From NCBI GenBank assembly GCA_964388545.1, contig CAYMAV010000002.1, forward strand, positions 14 through 64,013: a stretch of DNA of 64,000 bases, written 5' to 3'. The notes beneath the pieces were generated by a model. It worked only from the letters and a program-made list of their open reading frames with translations, was not told the origin of the DNA and ran no database searches. Positions 11,833 through 20,391 of the stretch are shown here, piece after piece. Positions within the stretch are counted from its first letter, which is position 1, and each line of letters begins with the position of its first letter. The position numbers were made by a program, and so were the translations under genes. This DNA is from an uncultured Clostridium sp. GTDB taxonomy: Bacteria; Bacillota_I; Bacilli_A; RF39; UBA660.

Positions 11833-13718
11833 TTATTCTTTTGGCTTTTTAGGTTTCATATTCTTACTTTTACCACTAGGTTCAATTTGCAATATTGCCA
11901 TTAATTCTGCTTCTTCTTTATTTATACCACCTAATTCTTTAAAAACATCTCTATGCTCTTTTTTTATTCCTGTAGTAGGAATAGTTTCTCCATCTTCATT
12001 ATACCAGTAAATTGAATATCCTCTTTCAATTAATTCTCTACATAAATCAAACTCTCTTTTGTCCATCGCATCTCTTAATATTGCATTTCTAAAAATAGTA
12101 TAACTATCAAGCATTGGATATCTTTCAATTAATTCTAAAATAAATTTATAATCTATATTACCTATAAATCTAGATATTTCTCTTATTAATCTATCTTGAG
12201 AAACCTGAAGTGATGTCCACTCACCATAATCAGATCCTATTTTATCCATATATGATGCTACAATCGCTTTTGGAGCAGGTAATTGGTCTTCTGATGTAAT
12301 AAAGTTTCTATCTATATGTTCAACAATTAAACCAAATAAATTTTCTTTTTTAATATATTCTTCTCCATATTTTTTTAAATCATCAGCTCTTGGAAACATA
12401 GTATCATTTCCTGGTAATCTATTTGGAATAATACGATAGACATCTTTTAAATATGACCATAAATCGGCTACTGAGCTATTTGTAAATTCATCTTCATCAA
12501 CAAAATCTACTAATTTTTTATAATGTTTATAATCAGTTGTCAAACCTTTTTGTTTTAAACTTTCCAATTCGTTTTTATAAAACATCAATGCAAAAGGATC
12601 AATAAACTTTTTCTGAACTGCTCTTATAACCGATTCGTCTTTTACCATATCTTCGCTTGAAAGTTCGATCAGTTTATTTAACAATCTCTTTTCTCTTATA
12701 AAATGTTTATCAGGATGCTCATATAATTTACAAGTTTCATCATTATAATTATCTAAATAATAGCCAAAATCAGCTTTTGGCATCAAAATAATAAGCATCC
12801 ATATTAATAGAGGTAGCTCCTGTTTTAATCGCATACTCTAAAGCGGTACCATTCCATAATGGTAAATATTGATCTAAATAATTATCATAATCCGCTTGTG
12901 GTCTTCCATACCCAGCATGTAATCTAATTCTTTCTTCTAATTCTTTAGCTTCTTCTCCTTCTACTACAAAATCTAATTTAGCACCATTTTGATGTAAAAA
13001 CCTTAACATTTCTAAATCGTTATTTTTAACACTTATTTTAAAAACTGATAATATATCTGTATTATGATAATAATTAGGAAAACCTAATTGTTGACAATTA
13101 ATCTCTGCACCTTGATTTAAAAACTATTTAACCATCTCAATATTTCCAGTATCAACAGCAAATCTTAACAATGGGTTTATATCCTTAACCGTTGGCAAAA
13201 ACAATTCAACTAATTTTAAATCATTTGTATTACATATATCTTTCATTGGGCTACTAAAAGATATATTTCCATAAGCCATTTCAGAACGTAAATCACATAT
13301 ATTTTGTGATTTAAATTCTTTTACTATTGTCTCACGATATCTATATCTTTCTTCCGGATCTTGAATGTTCTCGATAATATTACTTATTGTTTCATCAGAA
13401 ATAGAAAAGCCTAATTGTAATAAAGCTTCAAATCCTGTAAAAACTACTAGCTTTTACACATTGCTCTACTAAATCAATGGGTTTTCCTGCTCTTTCAATA
13501 TATTCATATAATTGAAATAATTTCATCTTCTCTTCAGTTGACCAAACATTACTTAATAATATTGTACTAACATTTGATCTTGCTTTTTTATCTTCTTCAC
13601 TGCTCATATTATAAAGTGCTTCAAACTTAACAATATCGTGGGAATGTTTTTCAACTAAATAAGCTAAAACACTTTTTTGACTATCTATATTATAATTTCT
13701 TTCTTTAGTTTCAGACAT
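11833..13718 (-). pseudogene. ankyrin-repeat-containing protein gene, degraded (two frameshifts plus one in-frame TAG)
   Basis: Three track ORFs (13428..13718, 12770..13009, 11833..12834) and an unlisted stretch join into one reading frame of about 628 codons. The breaks are a T5-run frameshift at about 13439-13443, a TAG at 13124-13126 inside the ANK-like 'NPLLRFAVDTGNIEMVK*FLNQGAEIN', and a frameshift at about 12770-12781. A second ANK-like unit reads 'ISVKNNDLEMLRFLHQNGAKLD'. Confidence 0.6.
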
Positions 13719-13730
13719 AAAAATATTGTC

Positions 13731-13753
13731 AATAAAAAAGAGGCATGGCCTCT
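13731..13753 (-). terminator. intrinsic terminator after hydA
   Basis: Stem AGAGGC/GCCTCT (13739-13753) overlaps the hydA TAG and is followed on the minus strand by a U-rich run. Confidence 0.6.
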
Positions 13754-15482
13754 ATCTATTGTACTTATCCTTTTTTTCATAATGAGTATGTAAAATCTTA
13801 TGAGCAATTTCACTTCCTGGTTTTTCTAAATAATCCTTATAAACATTAATTATATCGGGATTTTTATGAGCCTTTCTAATTTCTAAATTTTTATCTTCCT
13901 CATATAATGATTTAGCCCTTAATTTCCTTAAATCATGATAATTTCTAACATTAGAGCTTACTATTGGCTGACCTCCACCATTTATACATCCACCAGGACA
14001 TCCCATTATCTCAATAAAATGATACTCCACTTCTTTATTTCTTGCTCTTCTTAATAACTCTTTAGCATTCTTAATACCTGATGCGACTGCTACTTTTATC
14101 TCTTTTCCATTTAATATATAAGATGCTTCTTTTATTCCCTGCATTCCTCTTACTTCATTAAAATCTAAATTAACTAATTCTTTGTTATCCAAAATCTCAG
14201 ATACCGTCCTTAAAGCGGCTTCCATAACACCTCCGGATGCTCCGAAGACAACGGATGCTCCACTTCCAAGCGGATTATCAAAAAGAGAATCTTCTAGATT
14301 ACAAAAATCAATATTGTATTTTTTTAATAACTTAATATATTCCCTAGCCGTTAATACAACATCAACATCTTGATAACTAGTAGCATTATCATCCTTTAAT
14401 ATTTCAACCTTCTTAGCAATACAAGGCATTATCGTAACTACAAAAATCTTAGATGGGTCAATGTTGTTAGCTTTTGCATAATAAGTCTTCATTAAAGCTC
14501 CAAACATCTTTTGTGGTGATTTACAACTAGATAGATGTGGTATCATCTCTGGATAATATCTTATTAAATAATTAACCCATCCAGGACTACAAGAAGTAAT
14601 CATCGGTAAGACTCCATTATTAGTTAATCTTTCGATAAACTCCGTTCCTTCTTCCATAATTGTTAGGTCTGCTCCATAGTTAATATCAAAAACCTTATCA
14701 AAACCTAATAGCTTAGCAGAGGTTACCAATTTACCTTTTACATTTGTTCCTATTGGCATACCAAAACCTTCGCCAATCGTAAATCTAACAGATGGAGCTG
14801 GTGCAATTACAGTAAAAATATCATTATTGTTAAGAGCCGTAATTACCTCATCAATTCGTTCTTTATCCGATAGTGCTCCAGTTGGACAAACATTAACACA
14901 CTGTCCACAACCTACACACGGAGTATCTTTTAAATTAAGTTCAAAGGCACACCCTAATGTTGTTTTATTTCCTCTTTTATTTTTACCAATTACAGCAACC
15001 TCTTGCATCTTATCACAAATAGAAGCACATCTATTACAAAGTATACATTTATTATTATCCCTTACTAAATAAACGGTTGAGGCATCTATTTCATGCTTTT
15101 TATTGGTAGATTTATATTTACTTTCTTTAATATTATATTTTTCTAATAAATCTAAAAATTCGCAAGTATCTAATCGATCGCAAGTATCACAATCTTTATT
15201 ATGTTCACTTAATAGTAAATTTAAAGTATTCTTTCTTGATTTAATAACTTTTTCACTTTCAGTTAAGACTTCTAATCCTTCATTTACCTTCGTTGAACAA
15301 GCAGTTATCAATTTTCCCGTTTTAACATCTTCAACAACACAAATTCTACAAGATGCGATTTCATTAATTCCCCTTAAATAACAAAGAGTAGGTATTTCAA
15401 ATCCAATTGATTTCGCCGCATCCAATATTGTCATATTATCTCCTACTGAGGTAGCAATATTATTTATTTTAATGTTTACCAT
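13752..15482 (-). CDS. hydA: [FeFe] hydrogenase catalytic subunit (HydA/HndD type)
   Basis: H-cluster motifs 'TSCSPGW', 'MPCIAKKVE' and 'EIMGCPGGCINGGGQP'. The N-terminus carries 2Fe-2S and multiple 4Fe-4S Cys clusters. Confidence 0.92.
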   Translation of the reverse strand: MVNIKINNIATSVGDNMTILDAAKSIGFEIPTLCYLRGINEIASCRICVVEDVKTGKLITACSTKVNEGLEVLTESEKVIKSRKNTLNLLLSEHNKDCDTCDRLDTCEFLDLLEKYNIKESKYKSTNKKHEIDASTVYLVRDNNKCILCNRCASICDKMQEVAVIGKNKRGNKTTLGCAFELNLKDTPCVGCGQCVNVCPTGALSDKERIDEVITALNNNDIFTVIAPAPSVRFTIGEGFGMPIGTNVKGKLVTSAKLLGFDKVFDINYGADLTIMEEGTEFIERLTNNGVLPMITSCSPGWVNYLIRYYPEMIPHLSSCKSPQKMFGALMKTYYAKANNIDPSKIFVVTIMPCIAKKVEILKDDNATSYQDVDVVLTAREYIKLLKKYNIDFCNLEDSLFDNPLGSGASVVFGASGGVMEAALRTVSEILDNKELVNLDFNEVRGMQGIKEASYILNGKEIKVAVASGIKNAKELLRRARNKEVEYHFIEIMGCPGGCINGGGQPIVSSNVRNYHDLRKLRAKSLYEEDKNLEIRKAHKNPDIINVYKDYLEKPGSEIAHKILHTHYEKKDKYNR

Positions 15483-15484
15483 AA

Positions 15485-17236
15485 TTAATCCCTTTCAATT
15501 GCATTAAATTTACAATTTTTCATACACAAACCGCATTTAATACATTTTTCTTGATCTATAATATGTGGTGTTTTTACTTCTCCACTAATTGCATTAACTG
15601 GACAATTTCTTTTGCAGATTGTACATCCTACACATTTATCTTCTATTATCTTATAAGAAAGTAAATTTCTACATATCTTAGCTCGACATTTTTTTTCATT
15701 AATATGTTCTAGATATTCATCTTTAAAATAACGAATTGTACTAAGAACTGGATTAGGAGCTGATTGACCAAGACCACATAGGGATGACTCTTTTATATGT
15801 TTAGATAACTCTTCTAATAATTCTAAGTCCTCTATCTCTCCCTTACCACCTGTAATCTTATTAAGAAGCTCTTCTAATCTCTTAGTCCCAACTCGACAAG
15901 GAACGCATTTACCACAGGATTCATCTACGGTAAAGTTTAAAAAATATTCAGCAATATTTACCATACAGTTATCTTCATCCATTACTATTAGCCCACCAGA
16001 ACCCATCATCGAACCAATATCTCCTAAAGTTTCATAATCCATCTTAACATCTAAATGTTCTTTAGGTATGCAACCTCCAGATGGTCCACCAGTTTGAGCG
16101 GCTTTAAATTCCTTATTATTAGGAATACCTCCACTGATATCAAATAATATTTCCCTTAAAGTGGTTCCTATTGGTATTTCTACCAAACCAGTAGTCTTTA
16201 TCTTTCCACCTAAAGCAAAAACCTTGGTACCTTTTGATTTTTCGCTACCTATTGAAATAAACTTATCAAATCCACCATTCAAGATAAAAGGAATATTAGC
16301 ATAAGTTTCAACATTATTAATTAAAGTGGGTTTACCAAATAATCCACTTGATGCTGGAAATGGAGGCTTTAAATTAGGCTCTCCCCTTTTTCCTTCTATC
16401 GAATTTATAAGAGCAGTCTCTTCTCCACAGACAAAAGCTCCACTACCAAGTCTTAATTCTAGATTAAAACTAAAATCAGTACCTAAAATATTATCTCCTA
16501 GCAAATTATGTTCTAACGCCTGTTTTATGGCAACATTTAACCTTTTAACTGCTACTGGGTATTCTGCTCTTACATAGATATAACCAGTGTTAGATCCAAC
16601 AACAAAACCAGCGATAACCATCGCTTCAATTATCGAATGAGGATCTCCTTCAAGTAACGAACGATCCATAAAAGCTCCAGGATCTCCCTCATCAGCATTA
16701 CAACAAACATATTTAATATCAGCCTCAGCATTTTTGGTAAATTCCCATTTTAGGCCAGTACTAAATCCTGCTCCTCCACGGCCTCTTAACTTAGATTCTT
16801 TTAAGATATTTATAATCTCATCTTTATCCATTAAAAGAGCTTTTCTTAACGATTCATATCCTCCGACCTTAATATAATCATTTACATCTTCAGGATTGAT
16901 ATTACCACAATTTCTAAGCGCAATTCTCGTTTGTTTTTTGATAAATGGATATTCTAAAATATTAGGAGTGTTTTCATCAATTAAATATTCTTTTACAATA
17001 ACATTATTATTTATATGACTTTCGATTATTTTATCTAGTTTTTCGGCATTTACATTAACATAGGTTGTTCTTACCCCGTCAATATATACTTCAACAATCG
17101 GTTCATATTTACAAACCCCAATACATCCAACTGAAACAATCTCCATATTAGTAACTTTTTCTTTTAAAATTTTATATATTTTATCTGCTCCACTAGATAT
17201 TCCACAAGTACCTAGTCCAACTACTATTCTATTCAT
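15485..17236 (-). CDS. hydB: hydrogenase NADH-binding flavoprotein subunit (HydB/HndC, NuoF-like)
   Basis: 'GRGGAGFSTGLKW' FMN site, 'ESCGKCVPCR' 4Fe-4S motif, and two C-terminal ferredoxin-type CxxCxxCxxxCP motifs. Confidence 0.9.
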   Translation of the reverse strand: MNRIVVGLGTCGISSGADKIYKILKEKVTNMEIVSVGCIGVCKYEPIVEVYIDGVRTTYVNVNAEKLDKIIESHINNNVIVKEYLIDENTPNILEYPFIKKQTRIALRNCGNINPEDVNDYIKVGGYESLRKALLMDKDEIINILKESKLRGRGGAGFSTGLKWEFTKNAEADIKYVCCNADEGDPGAFMDRSLLEGDPHSIIEAMVIAGFVVGSNTGYIYVRAEYPVAVKRLNVAIKQALEHNLLGDNILGTDFSFNLELRLGSGAFVCGEETALINSIEGKRGEPNLKPPFPASSGLFGKPTLINNVETYANIPFILNGGFDKFISIGSEKSKGTKVFALGGKIKTTGLVEIPIGTTLREILFDISGGIPNNKEFKAAQTGGPSGGCIPKEHLDVKMDYETLGDIGSMMGSGGLIVMDEDNCMVNIAEYFLNFTVDESCGKCVPCRVGTKRLEELLNKITGGKGEIEDLELLEELSKHIKESSLCGLGQSAPNPVLSTIRYFKDEYLEHINEKKCRAKICRNLLSYKIIEDKCVGCTICKRNCPVNAISGEVKTPHIIDQEKCIKCGLCMKNCKFNAIERD

Positions 17237-17690
17237 TTTGCCCCCTATAAGAATCTAAGATCCCCTTTACTTCCGATTTTTTAACCTCATTATATACCTT
17301 ATCATCAATCATCATTACAGGCGCTAGACTACAACAACCAAGACATCTGGTATTTTCAATTGAAAATAAACCATCCGGAGTTGTTTCTCCAACCTTAATC
17401 TTTAATATATCTTTAACTTCTTCCAAGATATCATTTGACCCCTTAACATAACAGGCAGTCCCTAGACATACACTAATCTTATGTTTAGCACTAGGATTAA
17501 ATTTAAACTGACTATAAAAAGTTGCTACTCCATATATTTTTTCTAGTGAAACATCTAATTTTTCCGATACATATAATAAATTATCATACGAAAGATAACC
17601 AAATTCTTCTTGAATATTTTGAAGTATTGGCATTAAATTACCATCAATATCTTTATACTTTTCAACGATTTCAACTACTTTTTCATTCAT
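17229..17690 (-). CDS. hydC: hydrogenase 2Fe-2S subunit (HydC/HndA, NuoE-like)
   Basis: NuoE-type Cys pattern 'CLGTACYVKG...CLGCCSLAPV'. Overlaps hydB by 8 nt. Confidence 0.85.
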   Translation of the reverse strand: MNEKVVEIVEKYKDIDGNLMPILQNIQEEFGYLSYDNLLYVSEKLDVSLEKIYGVATFYSQFKFNPSAKHKISVCLGTACYVKGSNDILEEVKDILKIKVGETTPDGLFSIENTRCLGCCSLAPVMMIDDKVYNEVKKSEVKGILDSYRGQNE

Positions 17691-17715
17691 AAATACTCCT
17701 TATCTTAATATCTTA

Positions 17716-17725
17716 ATTATACACA
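17716..17725 (-). promoter_or_regulatory. extended -10 promoter element for hydCBA
   Basis: The minus strand reads 'TGTGTATAAT' (TGnTATAAT) about 26 nt upstream of the hydC ATG, directly after an upstream terminator. Confidence 0.5.
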
Positions 17726-17748
17726 AAAAAAGCAGATTATTCATCTAC

Positions 17749-18178
17749 TTATTTTAGAGTTAAAAAAAGATCTTCTAAGTAATAATTATCATAGTAATTT
17801 ACTTTTTCTAACTTTTTATTCCATTTATCTACTAATCTTTTAATCTCACTATCACCTTTTCGATAAATAATTCTAAGTAACATAGCCGCCTTACTTAAAA
17901 AGTCAAAAAGATAATCATCATCATTAATTTTATTACTATCATAATAAGCTTCAATAATACTTTTAATAATTTTAAAAACCTCTAGAAATTCATCACCCTT
18001 TAGATATTGCTTAGTTCTTTCAACATAATCATTAATTCTAGACTCATAACCATTATTTATTACTAAATCATTATATAAATTGTTATAGTAAAACTCATAA
18101 GTTTGTTTTGGTAAATAAACTCTAAATTTTTCAGTAAAAGAATTTGCATTAAATGCTAATTTTTAGAAATTTTTTCAT
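17749..18178 (-). pseudogene. hypothetical protein gene with a +1 frameshift in an A5 run
   Basis: The ATG at 18178 has a strong 'AGGAGG' RBS and an upstream 'TGATATAAT'. The frame closes after 9 codons (TAA at 18149-18151). Removing one A from the A5 run (18160-18164) restores a roughly 142-aa ORF ending at the TAA at 17749-17751. Confidence 0.55.
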
Positions 18179-18241
18179 AATATTTTCCTCCTAATCTAAT
18201 TAAATTATATCATATTCATCAGAAAAATTAGATTTTTCATA

Positions 18242-18790
18242 TTACTTCCCTTTATATATTTTAATTATTTCTAACATTTCTTTTGCTATTCCTTTTTTAT
18301 CACTATATTTATTAACATTATCAATTAACTCATCTTCGATTTTATCTAAACTAATATATCTTAGCTCAAAATTACCTTTCTTTTCATTGTCAGTATAATT
18401 TGTTTTAGATAAATCTGGTTTTATATCAGTAATTATCTCATAGTAATAAATCTCGTTTTTGCGATTTTCACCTTTATTTGGCCAATCTTTATAAAATCCT
18501 TCTAACTTAACAAAAGGACTAGATAAGAAATTAATATCTATACCTACTTCTTCTTTTATTTCTCTTTTAACCGCTTCTATTAACTCCTCATTATCTTCAA
18601 CATGACCACCAGGAAAATGGTAGTTATTATTAGAATAAGCAAGTAATATTTCCTGGTTAGAATTGATTAATAATATTTTAACCCTTTTTACAACTTCTGT
18701 TACATCTTCTTCTTTTAAATTATCTTTATTTACTAAAATATTTTGCATAATTTTACCATCTTTCTTATATGTTTTTAAAAACTTCTTCAT
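18242..18790 (-). CDS. NUDIX hydrolase
   Basis: Nudix box 'GGHVEDNEELIEAVKREIKEEVGI' (GX5EX7REUXEEXGU). Confidence 0.85.
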   Translation of the reverse strand: MKKFLKTYKKDGKIMQNILVNKDNLKEEDVTEVVKRVKILLINSNQEILLAYSNNNYHFPGGHVEDNEELIEAVKREIKEEVGIDINFLSSPFVKLEGFYKDWPNKGENRKNEIYYYEIITDIKPDLSKTNYTDNEKKGNFELRYISLDKIEDELIDNVNKYSDKKGIAKEMLEIIKIYKGK

Positions 18791-18815
18791 AAATATTATA
18801 TCAAAGAAAAAAACC

Positions 18816-19382
18816 TTAGTCTATTTTCTCATATATATAAGATAAAGGTCTTTCCATTAAATAATTATTATAACTTTCATTCATTAATATCTCATAATAT
18901 CTTTTACCAGCAATTATTTCAGAATATATAAGAAGAGGAACTACATTATCATTATATTTAAGTAATAATTTACCTCTGGTCCACTTAATATAATCATAAT
19001 TAGTAGTACCATCATTTTTTAATTCTAATCTTTTAAAATTAGTATCAAGCAAACTTTTTACCCTTTTTGGATTAAACATATATTTCATTGAAGGAAGAAT
19101 ATCTCTTATTTCATAGATTCCTATTAAATCTTCATCTAATTCAAATTTTATTTCTTTTTTATTAAAGTTATATATATATCTAATAAGATCATTATTTTTT
19201 TCATTTAAATCATAGGCTTCTACATATATTGTTATTTTCTCATTGTCATAAACTTCAGTAAACCATCCTCTTATTTGATAATTATTAGTTTTAGCATATT
19301 TAATCATCTCTTTGTATAACTCTATTAAATCATTTTCTTTAGAACTTCCTATTAAAAAATTATCGTTTTTACCAGTTAACAT
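18816..19382 (-). CDS. hypothetical protein (188 aa), N-terminus uncertain
   Basis: ORF only. The same frame stays open upstream to 19475 and is preceded by 'ATG GAA TAA' (19484-19476), so the true start is ambiguous. Confidence 0.4.
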   Translation of the reverse strand: MLTGKNDNFLIGSSKENDLIELYKEMIKYAKTNNYQIRGWFTEVYDNEKITIYVEAYDLNEKNNDLIRYIYNFNKKEIKFELDEDLIGIYEIRDILPSMKYMFNPKRVKSLLDTNFKRLELKNDGTTNYDYIKWTRGKLLLKYNDNVVPLLIYSEIIAGKRYYEILMNESYNNYLMERPLSYIYEKID

Positions 19383-19499
19383 TACCTCTAAACTTGTATC
19401 TTTAACTTTATTATAAATTCCTTTTAGCCTTAATTTTTCAATTTCACTACTAGCTAGTTCATAATCAATTATATATTATTCCATTAAAAAAGAGAAGCT

Positions 19500-20288
19500 T
19501 TAATTAACTCCTCCTAATACATTATTCGTCTCTGGAATAGAAGCTCCTCCATCTATTACAATACCTTGACCTGTAATATATGATGCCTCATCACTTGCTA
19601 AAAATGCCGCTAGTTCACCAACTTCTTTTGGATTACCAACTCTATTGTTAAGTGGTACTCCCGTTCCCATCGCTTTCATAGCTTCTTCTACATCACCATC
19701 TGATAGTCTTTCTAATAGAGGTGTTCTAATAACTCCAGGCATAATAGCATTTACTCTAATATTCTTTCCAGCTAGTTCTACTGCTAAAGACTTAGTAAAC
19801 CCATAAATAGCAGCTTTTGATGCCGCATAAGCAGAAGATCCACCATCTGCTACTAATACTCCCGTAACTGAAGATAAATTAACAATTGAACCATATCCTT
19901 GTTTAAGCATTTGTTTTGCTACTACTTGAGCTACATTCCATACTCCTTTTAGATTAACATCTAAATTAAAATCTCTTTCTTCATCTGTCATTTCAGTAAA
20001 TGGTTTATATACTGCTACTCCAGCATTATTAACTAAAATATCTACTACACCATAAGTAGCTACTACTTGATCTACAATACTATTAATTGTAGCTTTATCT
20101 CTTACATCAACCTTATATCCAGTAACATTTGGATATCTTCCCTTTAACTCTTCTATTACTTCTGGTAATTTATCTGAATAATCAAGAATTACAACCTTCG
20201 CACCATATTTTAAAAAGGTTTCAGTAATCCCATAACCAATACCCATACTACCACCAGTTATAATTGCAACTTTATTTTCTAATTTCAT
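19500..20288 (-). CDS. SDR-family oxidoreductase
   Basis: Cofactor motif 'ITGGSMGIGYG', 'NNAG', and catalytic 'YAASKAA'. 262 aa. Confidence 0.88.
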   Translation of the reverse strand: MKLENKVAIITGGSMGIGYGITETFLKYGAKVVILDYSDKLPEVIEELKGRYPNVTGYKVDVRDKATINSIVDQVVATYGVVDILVNNAGVAVYKPFTEMTDEERDFNLDVNLKGVWNVAQVVAKQMLKQGYGSIVNLSSVTGVLVADGGSSAYAASKAAIYGFTKSLAVELAGKNIRVNAIMPGVIRTPLLERLSDGDVEEAMKAMGTGVPLNNRVGNPKEVGELAAFLASDEASYITGQGIVIDGGASIPETNNVLGGVN

Positions 20289-20367
20289 AAATCCTCCTAC
20301 CTTTAAATAATAACATAGATAACAATAGATTTAAAATTTACTCTTTGTTTTATAATTTAGCTTTACA

Positions 20368-20391
20368 GTAAAAAGAGAAGTCTCCTTCTCT
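20368..20391 (-). terminator. intrinsic terminator after the ABC permease gene
   Basis: Stem AGAGAAG/CTTCTCT (20374-20391) with a 4-nt loop, followed by a short U-run on the minus strand. Confidence 0.45.

Noticed and set aside
19383-19484. A possible N-terminal extension of the 188-aa ORF beginning 'ATG GAA TAA', which would be another nonsense-disrupted gene.
   Set aside because: The upstream ATG has no RBS and the stop is only the third codon. The in-frame open stretch could be chance in AT-rich DNA. It is mentioned only as ambiguous, and the internal ATG at 19382 is kept.
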